DNA from: Bacteroidales bacterium
GTDB taxonomy: Bacteria; Bacteroidota; Bacteroidia; Bacteroidales; Bacteroidaceae
Direction: 5' to 3'
Assembly: GCA_012518235.1 (NCBI GenBank)
Contig: JAAYSY010000245.1
Location: 1 to 56,317 of the forward strand
DNA length: 56,317 nucleotides
Part shown: positions 42,529-51,831 of the stretch, one piece after another
How the letters are laid out: every line of letters begins with the position of its first letter
Position numbering within the stretch: the first letter of the stretch is position 1
Position numbers and translations under genes: made by a program
The notes under the pieces: generated by a model
What the model saw: only the letters and a program-made list of their open reading frames with translations
Told to the model about the DNA's origin: nothing
The model's database searches: none

Positions 42529-43794
42529 TTATAGGTCCTCATCTTCAAACTCCGATTTCAAAATGCGTAATACTTCATCAATTGTTTCCTCCTCTAAATC
42601 AGCCTCTTCTATCAATCTCTCTCTAGGTGAATTTAATACAGCTTTAGCCGTATCAATACCTATACCTTTAATCGCATCAATAACCCATTCATCTATTTCC
42701 TCACTAAATTCATCTAAAAAGATATCTTCTTCTTCAATACCTTCTTCTAATTCACGATAAACATCAATATTAAAGCCAGTCAATTCGCTTGCTAACTTAA
42801 TGTTAAATCCTCCTCTACCAATAGCTAGTGAAACTTCTTCTGGTTGTAAGTAAACCTCAACCTTACTATCCTCCTCATTTAAGCGCATAGATGTTATTTT
42901 CGCGGGGCTTAAAGCTCTTTGTATGAAAAGCTGAGTGTTAGATGTGTAGTTTATAACATCTATATTTTCATTTCTCAACTCTCTTACAATTCCATGAATA
43001 CGACTTCCTTTTACACCTACACAAGCCCCAACTGGATCAATTCTGTCATCATAGGACTCAACAGCTATTTTTGCACGCTCACCAGGAATTCTAGCCACTT
43101 TTTTTATGGTGATCAAGCCATCATTTATTTCAGGTACCTCCATCTCAAACAATCGTTCTAAAAATATTGGCGATGTTCTAGATAAGTATATTTTGGGATT
43201 GTTATTCTTATTTTCAACCCTAGCAACTATTGCACGTACAGTTTCACTTTTTCTAAAAAAATCACGGGGTATCTGCTCACTTTTAGGTAATAAAAGTTCA
43301 GTACCCTCGTCATCCAACAAAAGAATTTCTCTTTTCCAAATTTGATAAACTTCTGCTGTGACAATAGTTCCTACCTTCTCTATATATTTATTATAAATAT
43401 TATCCTTTTCTAATTCCAGGATTCTTGAAGACAATGTTTGCCTTAAATTTAAAATTGCTCTCCTTCCAAAGGTTGCAAACTCCACTTCATCCGTAACATC
43501 CTCACCCACCTGGTAAGAGGGGTCTATTTTTCTAGCTTCAGACAAAGCAATTTCCATATGAGGCGATTCCACCTCATCATCTGCCACAACCTCTCTATTG
43601 CGCCAAATCTCAAAATCCCCTTTATCAGGGTTAACAATGACATCAAAATTTTCATCTGTGCCAAACATCTTCGAAATCACACTACGGAAAGATTCTTCCA
43701 ATACACTCACCATAGTAGTCTTGTCGATATTCTTCAGTTCTTTAAATTCTGAGAATGTATCAATTAAATTGATGGGTTCCTCTTTTTTGGCCAT
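42529..43794 (-). CDS. nusA: Transcription factor NusA
   Basis: EVPEI.DG, ARIPGERAKIAV, DPVGACVG, LAIGRGG.NIKLAS. Confidence 0.98.
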   Translation of the reverse strand: MAKKEEPINLIDTFSEFKELKNIDKTTMVSVLEESFRSVISKMFGTDENFDVIVNPDKGDFEIWRNREVVADDEVESPHMEIALSEARKIDPSYQVGEDVTDEVEFATFGRRAILNLRQTLSSRILELEKDNIYNKYIEKVGTIVTAEVYQIWKREILLLDDEGTELLLPKSEQIPRDFFRKSETVRAIVARVENKNNNPKIYLSRTSPIFLERLFEMEVPEINDGLITIKKVARIPGERAKIAVESYDDRIDPVGACVGVKGSRIHGIVRELRNENIDVINYTSNTQLFIQRALSPAKITSMRLNEEDSKVEVYLQPEEVSLAIGRGGFNIKLASELTGFNIDVYRELEEGIEEEDIFLDEFSEEIDEWVIDAIKGIGIDTAKAVLNSPRERLIEEADLEEETIDEVLRILKSEFEDEDL

Positions 43795-43799
43795 AATCT

Positions 43800-44267
43800 C
43801 TATTTAAAACTAATTAGATATTTCGTATAGTTAATTTGATCATATGTAAATATCAAATCTTCTTCTTTCTCTATTGGGCGCTTCTCACCCTTCTTTTTAG
43901 ACTTTAAGGTTGCTGTCAAAACAATACTTTCTTCATTAGCATCTTTTAAAACACCTTTTATTTTTTGTCCTGTTTTAGTTCCAACCTCAACATCCTTTCC
44001 AATATGATTGTAATATTGTTGCAACACCTTAAATGGCTGGCCAATTCCTGCTGAGCCCACCTCTAATTCATAATCTTCTTCATCACGATTTAGCTTGGAC
44101 TCTATAAACCGACTAAGATTTACACAGTCATCAATCCAAACACCTTCAGCATGGTCTATTTCTACTACAATTTTATTGTTAGGTGTAATAGATACTTCAA
44201 CTAAAAAGTAATCTTTACCTTCCAACCAATCTTCAACGATCTGATAGACAACTTGTTTATTTATCAT
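43800..44267 (-). CDS. rimP: Ribosome maturation factor RimP
   Basis: IDDCVNLSR, YELEVGSAG; directly upstream of nusA. Confidence 0.95.
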   Translation of the reverse strand: MINKQVVYQIVEDWLEGKDYFLVEVSITPNNKIVVEIDHAEGVWIDDCVNLSRFIESKLNRDEEDYELEVGSAGIGQPFKVLQQYYNHIGKDVEVGTKTGQKIKGVLKDANEESIVLTATLKSKKKGEKRPIEKEEDLIFTYDQINYTKYLISFK

Positions 44268-44294
44268 TCAATTCTGTTATCTTTATTTTAGAAC

Positions 44295-44321
44295 AAAAAA
44301 AGGAGCGTTTGCGCCCCCTCC
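44295..44321 (-). promoter_or_regulatory. rimP leader terminator/attenuator
   Basis: Minus strand GGGGCG-CAAA-CGCTCC-T7, between the -7 element TATCTTTG (44353-44346) and the rimP ATG. Confidence 0.7.
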
Positions 44322-44760
44322 ACCTTACTCATCTATTCATCGTCGCAAAGATAAATAATTTTATCTTTGTAAACAAAACATTATTATAATTTTGCAACCT
44401 AATATAGTATTTATATTGTTTTATCTCAACTCTTTAGGAGTAAATGCACCGACTACATTCTTATATCAAGATTAATAACCTATATAGAATAAACAAAATA
44501 CTGAAGCACTTTATCGTACAAAGGTAGCAAATTATATTAACATATAAGAATAATAACAGCAAACCAAGAATTGTTTATACTCATTTCTTCATTTTCTATA
44601 CATTTCACCACCCAAAATCCTTAATTATACTTAAAAGCAAACAAATGCAATATGTTCTATAACATATAATCAAAATTAAAGTCTTATATTTGCAGTGATA
44701 ATGAAGGTTAAAAGAATAAATCGTTCTTCAAAACGTGAAGGACACAAAAGAAAAAGAATT

Positions 44761-44880
44761 ATGAAAAAAGAAATGAATGAAATCAAGAAGCTTAAATATC
44801 AAATAGAAAGATATCAAGCAAGGGGAAATGGCGCAATGTGCCAAACATTACAAAACAGACTATACCAATTGATTGGTTAA
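44761..44880 (+). CDS. Small basic hypothetical protein (39 aa)
   Basis: TATATTTG at 44685-44692, A-rich context before ATG 44761, and a terminator downstream. Confidence 0.6.
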   Translation: MKKEMNEIKKLKYQIERYQARGNGAMCQTLQNRLYQLIG

Positions 44881-44921
44881 TTAGCAAGTTATTTTAAGAA
44901 GTTTACAAACAATGAAAATGC

Positions 44922-44948
44922 AAGAGGGCTTAATAGCACCTCTTTTTT
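44922..44948 (+). terminator. Terminator after the small ORF
   Basis: AAGAGG-GCT-taat-AGC-a-CCTCTT followed by a T-run. Confidence 0.6.
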
Positions 44949-45010
44949 ATTTTAAATATGCGCGAACAATCAAGGTAAACTTTTATTAGTTCGCTTCAAA
45001 ATCACCATAT

Positions 45011-45051
45011 AAAAACACGTTAGCTCTTATTCTGTTAAAGCTAACGTGTTT
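45011..45051 (-). terminator. Terminator after the tandem DUF1080 gene
   Basis: AAACACGTTAGCT...AGCTAACGTGTTT. Confidence 0.8.
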
Positions 45052-45085
45052 ATTTTATATAGTTTACTAACTTATCACTCTTCCT

Positions 45086-46366
45086 CTAAAGTGTCTTAAT
45101 GTTAATATTCCTCCAAAGCACTTTGATGCCTCCACCGTCATGTATCTGTAAAGCAATTCGACCTTGAGCTTTTTCTATTTTCTGATCTTCCAACGATACC
45201 ATTTCAATATCATTAAGCCATGTCGTTACCTTGCCCCCTTCCACACGTATTCTCATCGTATTCCACTCTCCTTCTTTTAGAACTTCCTCTTTCTCTTTTT
45301 CTATTGGTGCAATCCAACCCCTACCATAAGACTCATAAATTCCACCAGAACCATGACCTTTAGGTGCCACTTCAACCTGCCAACCATTGATTTTCACTCC
45401 TTCTTCTATAAAAGAACGGAAAAACACACCAGAGTTACCATCAGCCAGTTGCTTAAACTCAAGTGTCAAATCAAAATCATCGTAATATTCATTTGTTGCT
45501 AAATAACCATATTCTTTATCTGGTCCACTTTCACAAACTAGCAATCCGTCTTCAGCATACCATAATTCTGTTCCATATACCTCCCAGCCTGTTAAATCAG
45601 TACCATTAAATAAGCTCTTTTCAATAGTTTTTCGGGGAAGTTCTTTTACCTTTATATTTCTAAAGGCAACAGGATCTCCATGATCTTGTAAACAAATCAA
45701 TCCCTTCTTAGCCAATCCATACTCTGGAGCAGACTCCCACTTTCCAGAATTTTTACGTTCAAACCAATCCTCTGTCCAAGCTTCAAACTCTAATAATTTT
45801 TCTCCATTCATATAATACTCTACATGGCCATTATCAAAAATAATTTTAGAATTATTCCACTCACCAACTGGTTTCATTTTCCTTTTATCAAAATCTGGAA
45901 GATACATAGCATAATCAGCACCACATCTTTGCCAATCTTCTAAATCCCCATCAAATCCATCATCATCAATCAACTGATACTCAGGACCAGTAACATAAGG
46001 AACAGCAAACTTAGGATGTTCATAAACATGATAAATCAATCCACTATTAGATCCTGGAGATAACTTCCAATCCCATACTAATTCAAAGTTTTCAAATACT
46101 CTATCTGTTACCAAATAGCCTGTTGCATCACTTCCAGCTCCTAAACAACGAATCGTTCCATCAGCTACTTCCCAAGGACCATTAACAGCTTCACCTTGAT
46201 AGTCTCTCCATCCATTCAGAGTTTCTCCATCAAATAAAAGAATCCAGCCTTCATTTTCCTCCTGAGGAGTTAACACATTATGGCCTTGATTTCCCGATTG
46301 ACACTGATATCCTACCAAAATCAATAATACTATTAAAAAAGAATACACTTTGTTTTTACGTACCAT
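45086..46366 (-). CDS. Exported protein with two tandem DUF1080 domains
   Basis: LFDGETLNGW...NSG...GEWN...LQDHG...FRNIKVKEL, then LFNGTDLTGW...GNSGVFFR...GEWN...LQIH...WRNINIK. Possible lipoprotein Cys22. Confidence 0.9.
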   Translation of the reverse strand: MVRKNKVYSFLIVLLILVGYQCQSGNQGHNVLTPQEENEGWILLFDGETLNGWRDYQGEAVNGPWEVADGTIRCLGAGSDATGYLVTDRVFENFELVWDWKLSPGSNSGLIYHVYEHPKFAVPYVTGPEYQLIDDDGFDGDLEDWQRCGADYAMYLPDFDKRKMKPVGEWNNSKIIFDNGHVEYYMNGEKLLEFEAWTEDWFERKNSGKWESAPEYGLAKKGLICLQDHGDPVAFRNIKVKELPRKTIEKSLFNGTDLTGWEVYGTELWYAEDGLLVCESGPDKEYGYLATNEYYDDFDLTLEFKQLADGNSGVFFRSFIEEGVKINGWQVEVAPKGHGSGGIYESYGRGWIAPIEKEKEEVLKEGEWNTMRIRVEGGKVTTWLNDIEMVSLEDQKIEKAQGRIALQIHDGGGIKVLWRNINIKTL

Positions 46367-46513
46367 ACAAATAAAATTAAGTTTTAAGGTTGTTTTTATA
46401 TTGCCATTATTACTTAAATAATAATCAATAGCAATCTTTTATATCAGTTAAAAATACGTATTTTTGTGCAAATCATACAATTATAAGCTATTCATCTCCT
46501 CAAAAAAGAAATT

Positions 46514-46912
46514 ATGAGTAAAAAACATTTAAATACAAATAAGCAATTTATGATTGGAAACGGCCTGCTGGCCTTTGGTGTTATTATCATTGTAGTACTC
46601 TTTACCTATTTAAGTTTTAAAGGTTCTAAAAAAAATGAAGAGGAAATTAAATATCCAGAAATTTACACCTTAAATTTCAACAAAGGGTTTCTTGGAGACT
46701 CTCTTTCTGTGTTTCTAAATGATAGCTTACTCATTCAAAAAAGGATATCTCAAGAACCCTTTATTTACTCTTTCAATCGATTTGAAAAAGAAAACACTTT
46801 ATTAATTATCGATCACAGGACGGACAATCTAACTTTAACTGAATTAGATAATAAAGGTGGAAATTACACTTTTGACAAAGATGACAATGAAATTAAAACA
46901 ACTTACAATTAA
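46514..46912 (+). CDS. Membrane-anchored hypothetical protein
   Basis: One N-terminal hydrophobic helix and a small soluble domain; TATTTTTG at 46459-46466. Confidence 0.75.
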   Translation: MSKKHLNTNKQFMIGNGLLAFGVIIIVVLFTYLSFKGSKKNEEEIKYPEIYTLNFNKGFLGDSLSVFLNDSLLIQKRISQEPFIYSFNRFEKENTLLIIDHRTDNLTLTELDNKGGNYTFDKDDNEIKTTYN

Positions 46913-47611
46913 TTAAAAAGGGCGTTTATAGTTTTTAAGTTGCTTTTCTAGAGTAGCCACTTGCCCATCAGTATATGTATTTAGTAAAGTCCAAAAATCA
47001 GGACTATGATTCAAGTGTGTAAGATGTGCTAACTCATGCAGTAAAATATATCGCCTTAAATCATAGGGTAACAAAAGTGTGTAACAAGAAATATTGATGG
47101 ATTTTCTATTCGAACAGCTCCCCCATTTAGTTTTAGCACGATTTATACTTACTCTACTATACTCAAGTTGAAGTTCTACTGCTAACTTCTTCAACATTCT
47201 AGGAAGCACTACTTTAGCACGATTAACTATAGTATTTTCTATAACTTTACGCAACCATTGTTGAGAGGAATCATCATTAAAATCAAATTCTGATTGCAAC
47301 AAAAGTAAAAAATCCTTACCATTGGATTTTAAAGATGTGCATACACTCTTTTCACACAAAATAGAAAAACTATATTCATCAGACTCTATTGCAAATTTAG
47401 AATCTATTATAAAATAGGGATATTTCTCTTTCAAATTTAATAAGGGTTCTATGTTATCCTGTAGAACTTGCCTAATCACATCATCTGACGCATAAAATGG
47501 AACAGACAAATGAAAAACACCTTCTTTTACACGCATATTGAATGATTTAGAGCGTTTGTTCCTTTTTATAATAATCTTTCCCAATACTTCTTCTATGCTT
47601 TTCATTCTCAT
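46913..47611 (-). CDS. M48/YgjP (DUF45) zinc metallohydrolase
   Basis: KWGSCS, YILLHELAHL..NHS..FW. Start moved to ATG 47611 (47605 is also possible). Confidence 0.88.
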   Translation of the reverse strand: MRMKSIEEVLGKIIIKRNKRSKSFNMRVKEGVFHLSVPFYASDDVIRQVLQDNIEPLLNLKEKYPYFIIDSKFAIESDEYSFSILCEKSVCTSLKSNGKDFLLLLQSEFDFNDDSSQQWLRKVIENTIVNRAKVVLPRMLKKLAVELQLEYSRVSINRAKTKWGSCSNRKSINISCYTLLLPYDLRRYILLHELAHLTHLNHSPDFWTLLNTYTDGQVATLEKQLKNYKRPF

Positions 47612-47675
47612 ATTAAAATAAAAAAAATCTCTATAATTATAGAGATTTTCCAAGTATAATATTGAACTTTCAAAA

Positions 47676-48458
47676 TCAAGCTGTAATGCGAGTCCCTCTA
47701 GATAAATCACCGATAGCAGTTGACTTTGTTATTACGACCTCTTTCACACCACACTCAATTGCTGCAAAAGCATTATCTAATTTAGGAATCATCCCACCAT
47801 CTATTATGCCTTGCATTATGCACTCTTTATATAAAGTGTAATTTAATATCTTTATAACACTCGACTCATCATCTATAGATCGTAAAACGCCCTCTTTCTC
47901 AAAACAATAAACCAATTTAACCTCAAAATCAGAAGAGAGAGCTTTAGCTAACTCACTCGCAATAGTATCCGCATTTGTATTTAACAAATGCCCTTTACCA
48001 TCATGAGTAAGCGGAGCCATTACAGGCACTATGTTTTTCTTTAATAGTGAACTTATTGCTGTAATATCCACTTTTTTAACATCACCAGCCCAACCATAAT
48101 CAATTTCTTTAACTGGGCGTTTCTCCGATAAGATACAATTTGCATCAGCACCAGTAAAACCTAAAGAGTTAACCCCTTCTGCTTGAAGTCTAGCCACTAT
48201 ATTTTTATTTATCAAACCCCCATAAACCATGGTTACAACATCCAGCATTTCATCACTAGTAATCCTCCTACCATTAACCATTTGAGTTTCAACGTCTAAC
48301 TTTTCAGCTAGTTGAGTTGCTAAACGTCCTCCGCCATGTATAAGCACTTTATAGCCATCTATCTTAACAAAATCAGTAAGCAGTTTAGTTAACTTGCTTT
48401 TATCCTCTACAATCTTTCCTCCAACCTTTACTAAAGTTACCTGTGGTCTATTTAACAT
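47676..48458 (-). CDS. argB: Acetylglutamate kinase
   Basis: VKVGG, IHGGG, GRRIT, NTNADTIA, GGMIPKL. Start moved to ATG 48458. Confidence 0.95.
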   Translation of the reverse strand: MLNRPQVTLVKVGGKIVEDKSKLTKLLTDFVKIDGYKVLIHGGGRLATQLAEKLDVETQMVNGRRITSDEMLDVVTMVYGGLINKNIVARLQAEGVNSLGFTGADANCILSEKRPVKEIDYGWAGDVKKVDITAISSLLKKNIVPVMAPLTHDGKGHLLNTNADTIASELAKALSSDFEVKLVYCFEKEGVLRSIDDESSVIKILNYTLYKECIMQGIIDGGMIPKLDNAFAAIECGVKEVVITKSTAIGDLSRGTRITA

Positions 48459-48475
48459 ATTCTTTTTCTTCAAGT

Positions 48476-50371
48476 TTACTCCAAATAAGTATAACCATAT
48501 AAACCCGAACGATAATTTGCCAAGAATTCTTTACCCTCTTCTTGAGATATTTTTCCAGATTTAACCGATTTAGCTACCCAACTTTCAAGTGTTCTCACCA
48601 ATTTTTTAGGGTTATATTGAACATACTCTAAAACCTCTGCAATTGTTTCACCATCAATAACTTGATCTATAGAATACCCCTCTTCATCAACAGACACATG
48701 AATGGCATTCGTATCACCAAATAAATTATGCATATCACCTAAAATTTCTTGATAAGCGCCCACTAAGAAGACACCAATATAATAGGTTTCTTTAGGTTTT
48801 ATCGTATGTACTGGTAAAATATGAGACACATTACGTGTAGATATAAAATTTGAAATCTGCCCATCAGAATCGCAAGTTATATCTTGTAAGGTAGCTACTC
48901 TATTTGGTTTTTCATCTAATCGCTGAATAGGCATAATAGGAAAAATTTGATCTATTGCCCATAAATCAGGCAATGATTGAAATAGAGAAAAGTTACAGAA
49001 ATACTTATCAGCTAATAATTTAGTTAACCTACTAAACTCCTCTGGTGGATGCTTCATTTGAGATGCAATTAAGTTGACTTCTTGAGTTATCGACCAAAAT
49101 AACCGCTCAATTTGTGCTCTAGTTCTCAAGTCAACAATACCATGACTAAAGAGATCTAATCCCTCCTCGCGAATCTGCTGAGCATCATGAAAAGACTCTA
49201 AAACTCGACCTTGGTTCAATTCATCCCAAATATGATATAATTCCTGTACCAATTCGTGATCATTCTCTGAAATTACCATCTCATCATCATCCCATTCAGG
49301 CACTGAGGTTGTTTCTAGAACCTCAAAAACTAAGATTGAATGATGAGCAGTTAATGCTCGCCCACTTTCTGTTATGATATTAGGATGTGGTATATCATTC
49401 TTGTCACTGGCATCTACAAAAGTTGATATCGAATCATTCACATACTCTTGTATAGAATAGTTTACACTACTACCCGAGCTAGATGAACGTGTACCATCAT
49501 AATCAACACCTAAACCACCACCTATATCTACAAACTCTACATTATACCCCATTTTACGTAACTGAACATAAAACTGAGAAGCTTCACGTAAAGCCGTTTT
49601 TATTCTTCTAATTTTAGTGATTTGGCTTCCAATATGAAAATGAATTAGCTTCAAACTCTCTTCCATTTTCTTCTCTTTCAAGAAATCTAAAGCCTCCAAT
49701 AATTCACTAGAAGTTAAACCAAACTTACTAGCATCACCACCAGACTCCTCCCACTTCCCACTACCCGATGTAGCTAACTTAATGCGAATTCCAATATTAG
49801 GCATCACATTTAAGCGTTTAGCAATACGAGCAATAAGCGCTAATTCATTCAATTTTTCTATGACAAGAAATATTCTTTTACCCATTTTATGAGCTAATAG
49901 AGCTAACTCTATATAAGCCTCATCTTTATAGCCATTACAAATAATCAAGGAATCAGTTTCCATGTTTAATGCAATCACTGCATGAAGCTCTGGTTTTGAT
50001 CCTGCTTCTAAACCAATTTTATATTTTTTACCATGGCTAATAATTTCTTCAACAACAGGTTGCATCTGATTCACCTTGATAGGATAAATTATAAAATTCT
50101 GTGCCTTATATTCATATTCTTCTATTGCCTTCTCAAAGCAACTAGCTATCTTTTTTATTCTACTATCCAAGATATCAGGAAAGCGAATTAGCATAGGCGA
50201 CTCCACATCACGAAGCTCCAGCTCATCTACTAATTCCCTTAAATCTACTGCTACACTATCCTTACGAGGTGTAACAAATACATTTCCTTTATCGTTGATA
50301 CCAAAATAAGACACCCCCCACCCATTGATATTGTATAATTCTTTAGAATCGTCAACGTGCCATCTTCTCAT
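48476..50371 (-). CDS. speA: Biosynthetic arginine decarboxylase
   Basis: YPIKVNQ, EAGSKPEL, HFHIGSQ, DIGGGLGVDYDG, TCDSDG, GAYQE. Start moved to ATG 50371. Confidence 0.97.
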   Translation of the reverse strand: MRRWHVDDSKELYNINGWGVSYFGINDKGNVFVTPRKDSVAVDLRELVDELELRDVESPMLIRFPDILDSRIKKIASCFEKAIEEYEYKAQNFIIYPIKVNQMQPVVEEIISHGKKYKIGLEAGSKPELHAVIALNMETDSLIICNGYKDEAYIELALLAHKMGKRIFLVIEKLNELALIARIAKRLNVMPNIGIRIKLATSGSGKWEESGGDASKFGLTSSELLEALDFLKEKKMEESLKLIHFHIGSQITKIRRIKTALREASQFYVQLRKMGYNVEFVDIGGGLGVDYDGTRSSSSGSSVNYSIQEYVNDSISTFVDASDKNDIPHPNIITESGRALTAHHSILVFEVLETTSVPEWDDDEMVISENDHELVQELYHIWDELNQGRVLESFHDAQQIREEGLDLFSHGIVDLRTRAQIERLFWSITQEVNLIASQMKHPPEEFSRLTKLLADKYFCNFSLFQSLPDLWAIDQIFPIMPIQRLDEKPNRVATLQDITCDSDGQISNFISTRNVSHILPVHTIKPKETYYIGVFLVGAYQEILGDMHNLFGDTNAIHVSVDEEGYSIDQVIDGETIAEVLEYVQYNPKKLVRTLESWVAKSVKSGKISQEEGKEFLANYRSGLYGYTYLE

Positions 50372-50467
50372 TTTTATTCCTTTTTCTATATTAATAGCCA
50401 ATCTATAAACTCGTAGCAAAAGTAAATAATTATCTATAAATAGCCATTCAATAACACAACTAACATG

Positions 50468-50995
50468 CTAAAGATTAATTATTTTAAGCAAATCTTCCAC
50501 AGTTTCTCCTAATTGCTCTTCTGTTTCCAAGTTGTCAGAGTTTATTTTATATTGTGCTTTTTCATAATAAACCTTGCGTTGTGATAGAGAATATATAATA
50601 AATTTTTGTAATTCTTCCTCGCTTTTATTTTTAATTATAGGTCTTTGATCTTTAGCATTTCTTAAACGACGAAACAAAACTTCGTAACTAGCCTCTAAAT
50701 AAACAACTACTCCATGCGCTAACATTAAACTCATATTATTTAGAAAGCAAGGAGCACCACCTCCTGTTGCTATAACCACCCGCTCTTTAGTTAACAACTC
50801 TTGAAGAGAAGCATTTTCTAAATCTCGAAAAGAAACCTCTCCATTTACCGAGAAATAATCAGAAATACTTTGTTGTATTTTATTTTCAATATACCAATCT
50901 AAATCTACAAAGTCATATTGTAATCGACTAGCTAAAGCTTTTCCAAGTGTTGTTTTTCCAGTCCCCATATAACCTATTAGAAAAATCCTATCCAT
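50468..50995 (-). CDS. aroK: Shikimate kinase
   Basis: LIGYMGTGKTT, DLD, FR..E, ATGGG, RP. Start moved to ATG 50995. Confidence 0.95.
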   Translation of the reverse strand: MDRIFLIGYMGTGKTTLGKALASRLQYDFVDLDWYIENKIQQSISDYFSVNGEVSFRDLENASLQELLTKERVVIATGGGAPCFLNNMSLMLAHGVVVYLEASYEVLFRRLRNAKDQRPIIKNKSEEELQKFIIYSLSQRKVYYEKAQYKINSDNLETEEQLGETVEDLLKIINL

Positions 50996-51030
50996 TATTT
51001 TTGCTTGCAAAGTTACAAAGTAATATAAAC

Positions 51031-51074
51031 AAAAGCTCTCAGTACTTAACTTTTCTCGTTAATTACTGAGAGCT
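51031..51074 (-). terminator. Terminator after the nitroreductase gene
   Basis: AGCTCTCAGTA.TTAAC-loop-GTTAA.TACTGAGAGCT with an A-run. Confidence 0.75.
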
Positions 51075-51093
51075 AATAATCAACTCCATATTC

Positions 51094-51696
51094 TTATTTA
51101 TATATTTTTATCCGCTCCTTTATAGAACTGATGCTTTTCTCCTCTGGGTCGGCTGTAGGAGCACCAAAAGGCATCTGGGCTATTAATTTCCAATTAGAAG
51201 GTAAGTCCCACTCTTTACTAACCTCTTCGTCAATTAAAGGGTTATAATGCTGAATAGAAACTCCAAAACCAGCATCACATAAACCAGACCAAATAACAAA
51301 CTGGTGCATAGCAGAGGTTTGATGAGCCCATTTTGGAAAATTATCAGCGTAGGCACTATACTTGTTCTGCAAATCTTTCACAACCTTTTCATCTTCGAAG
51401 AATAAAACTGTTCCATACCCACTAGCAAAAGAATGGTCTATTTTAGCTGATGCCGCTGAGTATCCATTTTCTGAAGCTACTTCCTTCAGTGATTTTTTTA
51501 TTATACTCCACAGTTTTCGATGATGTTCATTCAATAGTAATACGATACGTGTGGACTGGGAATTAAATGCAGAAGGTACATGCTTAATAGCCAGTTGTAT
51601 TAATTCTTCAATTTCTTTATCCGAGATTACAGATTTATTAGTCAAGGAATAATTAGTTCTTCTTGATATGACAGCTTCTTTAAATGTTTTGCTCAT
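51094..51696 (-). CDS. Nitroreductase family protein (Frm2/Hbn1-like)
   Basis: RRTNY.L, PSAFNSQS, GTVLFFED, QHYNPLID, AQMPFG. Confidence 0.9.
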   Translation of the reverse strand: MSKTFKEAVISRRTNYSLTNKSVISDKEIEELIQLAIKHVPSAFNSQSTRIVLLLNEHHRKLWSIIKKSLKEVASENGYSAASAKIDHSFASGYGTVLFFEDEKVVKDLQNKYSAYADNFPKWAHQTSAMHQFVIWSGLCDAGFGVSIQHYNPLIDEEVSKEWDLPSNWKLIAQMPFGAPTADPEEKSISSIKERIKIYK

Positions 51697-51831
51697 AATT
51701 GACTCTATTTTTGAGATTGTTGTTTAATACTATAAAAACAACCTTACGCTATTTTTGTTCGTTTTTTTTGTAGCTTTGTATTAAATGAGAAGTATTAATT
51801 TATCTTTCCTTATCAAAACAGTCTAAATATT

